Origin: a virus | Taxonomy: Duplodnaviria; Heunggongvirae; Uroviricota; Caudoviricetes | Direction: 5' to 3' (one strand) | Length of the DNA stretch: 64,000 nucleotides | Virus record (IMG/VR): IMGVR_UViG_2718218135_000001 | Coordinates: 1-64,000 of that record | In this document: piece after piece, positions 62,837 to 64,000 of the stretch | How the letters are laid out: the number at the start of each line of letters is the position of its first letter | How positions within the stretch are numbered: position 1 is the first letter of the stretch | Made by a program: the position numbers and the translations under genes | Notes under the pieces: model-generated | The model's database searches: none | What the model was told of the DNA's origin: nothing | What the model saw: the letters and a program-made list of their open reading frames with translations, nothing else

Positions 62837-64000
62837 TGGAACAGTTCAAGAAGAAAAAGTTACCGCTGTTTATTGCCGGTGCGGGTGGTAAAAAAAGTAG
62901 CAAAAGCTCCAGCCGTACACCGGTTGAAGCCGACGATACCGTAAATTCTCGTGCAATGGCCGCTATCCTCGATCTTCTTGGGGAAGGGGTAATTGGCGGC
63001 TTAGTAAATGGCGCAAGATCTATTTTTATCGACGATCTGCCGATTGTAAATGAAGACGGTTCCTCCAACTTCAGCGGAATCACATGGGATTTTCGCGACG
63101 GTTCACAAGACCAGACTCCAATGTCTGGCTTTGATTTCGTTGAAACGCCTAAATCCGTCAATATCCAGTTAAAAAAAACGCATTATGTAACGGTTTCAAT
63201 CGATAACGATGAAGCTGATCGGGTTCGTGTCATCATGAAGTTTCCTTCTTTGCGAAGCATAGATAAAAAAACTGGTGACACGAACGGTACGACTGTTGAG
63301 TACAAGTTCCAGATAGCAAATGGCGACTCAACATTTGTAGATGTGGTCGCGGAAGGTGAAAAAAGCGTTGGCATTAAGCTAACAGCAAAGAAGACCGGCG
63401 TTTATTACCGTAGCTATGAGCTGAAGCTGCCTAAGCCTGGACGAGCATACAAGGTTCGTGTAGTCCGTATTACCGATGATAACAGTAGCCAGTATCTCTA
63501 TAACGATACATGGGTGGATTCAATCGGGGAAATTGTCGATACACCGATGAACTATCCAAACTCTGTTTTGGTTGGATTGAAGGTAAACTCTGAGCAATTC
63601 GGCAGCACCATGCCATCTCGCTCTTATCTGGTGCGTGGCCTAAAAATTCGAGTACCTTCAAACTATAACGAGTCCAGTAACACTTACGCTGGGGTATGGG
63701 ATGGCACTTTTAAGCTGTTGTCTTCTTCGAACCCCGCGTGGATTCTCTTTGATTTGCTGACCAATGCTCGATATGGCCTTGGTCAGTATGTGTCGGAATC
63801 TATGATTGACCTTGGCCAGTTGTACCAGATTGGTCGATATTGTGACGAAGAGGTCGATGATGGCTTTGGTGGCAAAGAGAAACGCTTTGCAATCAATACG
63901 CAGATCACCAGTCGACAGGACGCATACCGGCTAATTCAGGATATTGCTGGAGCATTCCGCGGCATGGTGTTTTGGGCTGGTGGGATGGTTAACATCATGC
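62837..64000 (+). CDS. host-specificity/central tail fibre protein (lambda gpJ-like), N-terminal part only
   Basis: Open to the window edge (absent from the ORF track); blocks LVGLKVNSEQFGS...LVRGLKIRVPSNYN...YAGVWDGTFK...CDEEVDDGFGG are co-linear with lambda J. Confidence 0.75.

Overview
The window reads as a tailed-phage genome carrying a plasmid-type replicon (phage-plasmid architecture; inference from gene content, no database search was run). Left to right: a type I restriction R-subunit-like gene abutting a 5'-truncated IS3-family element; a RepA-like initiator gene (minus strand) flanked on both sides by ~17-19 bp iteron arrays and GATC clusters; a plus-strand DNA recombination and nucleotide-metabolism block (SbcD/SbcC-like, RuvC-like, MazG-like, an unusually long ThyA, DHFR, P-loop kinase, DnaQ-like exonuclease, Dam-family methyltransferase); an accessory region (20-36 kb) of many small monocistronic cassettes, a second larger N6-adenine methyltransferase, an intact ISL3-family element and a 1.5 kb ORF-poor repeat-rich tract; a low-GC island of four unknown minus-strand genes (37.2-40.2 kb); a UvsW-like helicase; a ParB-like/ParB-like/ABC-ATPase/GNAT-like cluster; then a virion module (TerS, TerL, portal, scaffold, capsid, Ig-like decoration, major tail, G/T chaperone, tape measure, lambda-like M-L-K-I-J tail tip, J running off the window end). 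Two dispersed palindromic motif families and paired ~100 bp palindromes recur in intergenic DNA. The best candidates for an uncharacterised system are the low-GC island and the ParB/ABC-ATPase/GNAT cluster; all functional calls rest on motifs read by eye.
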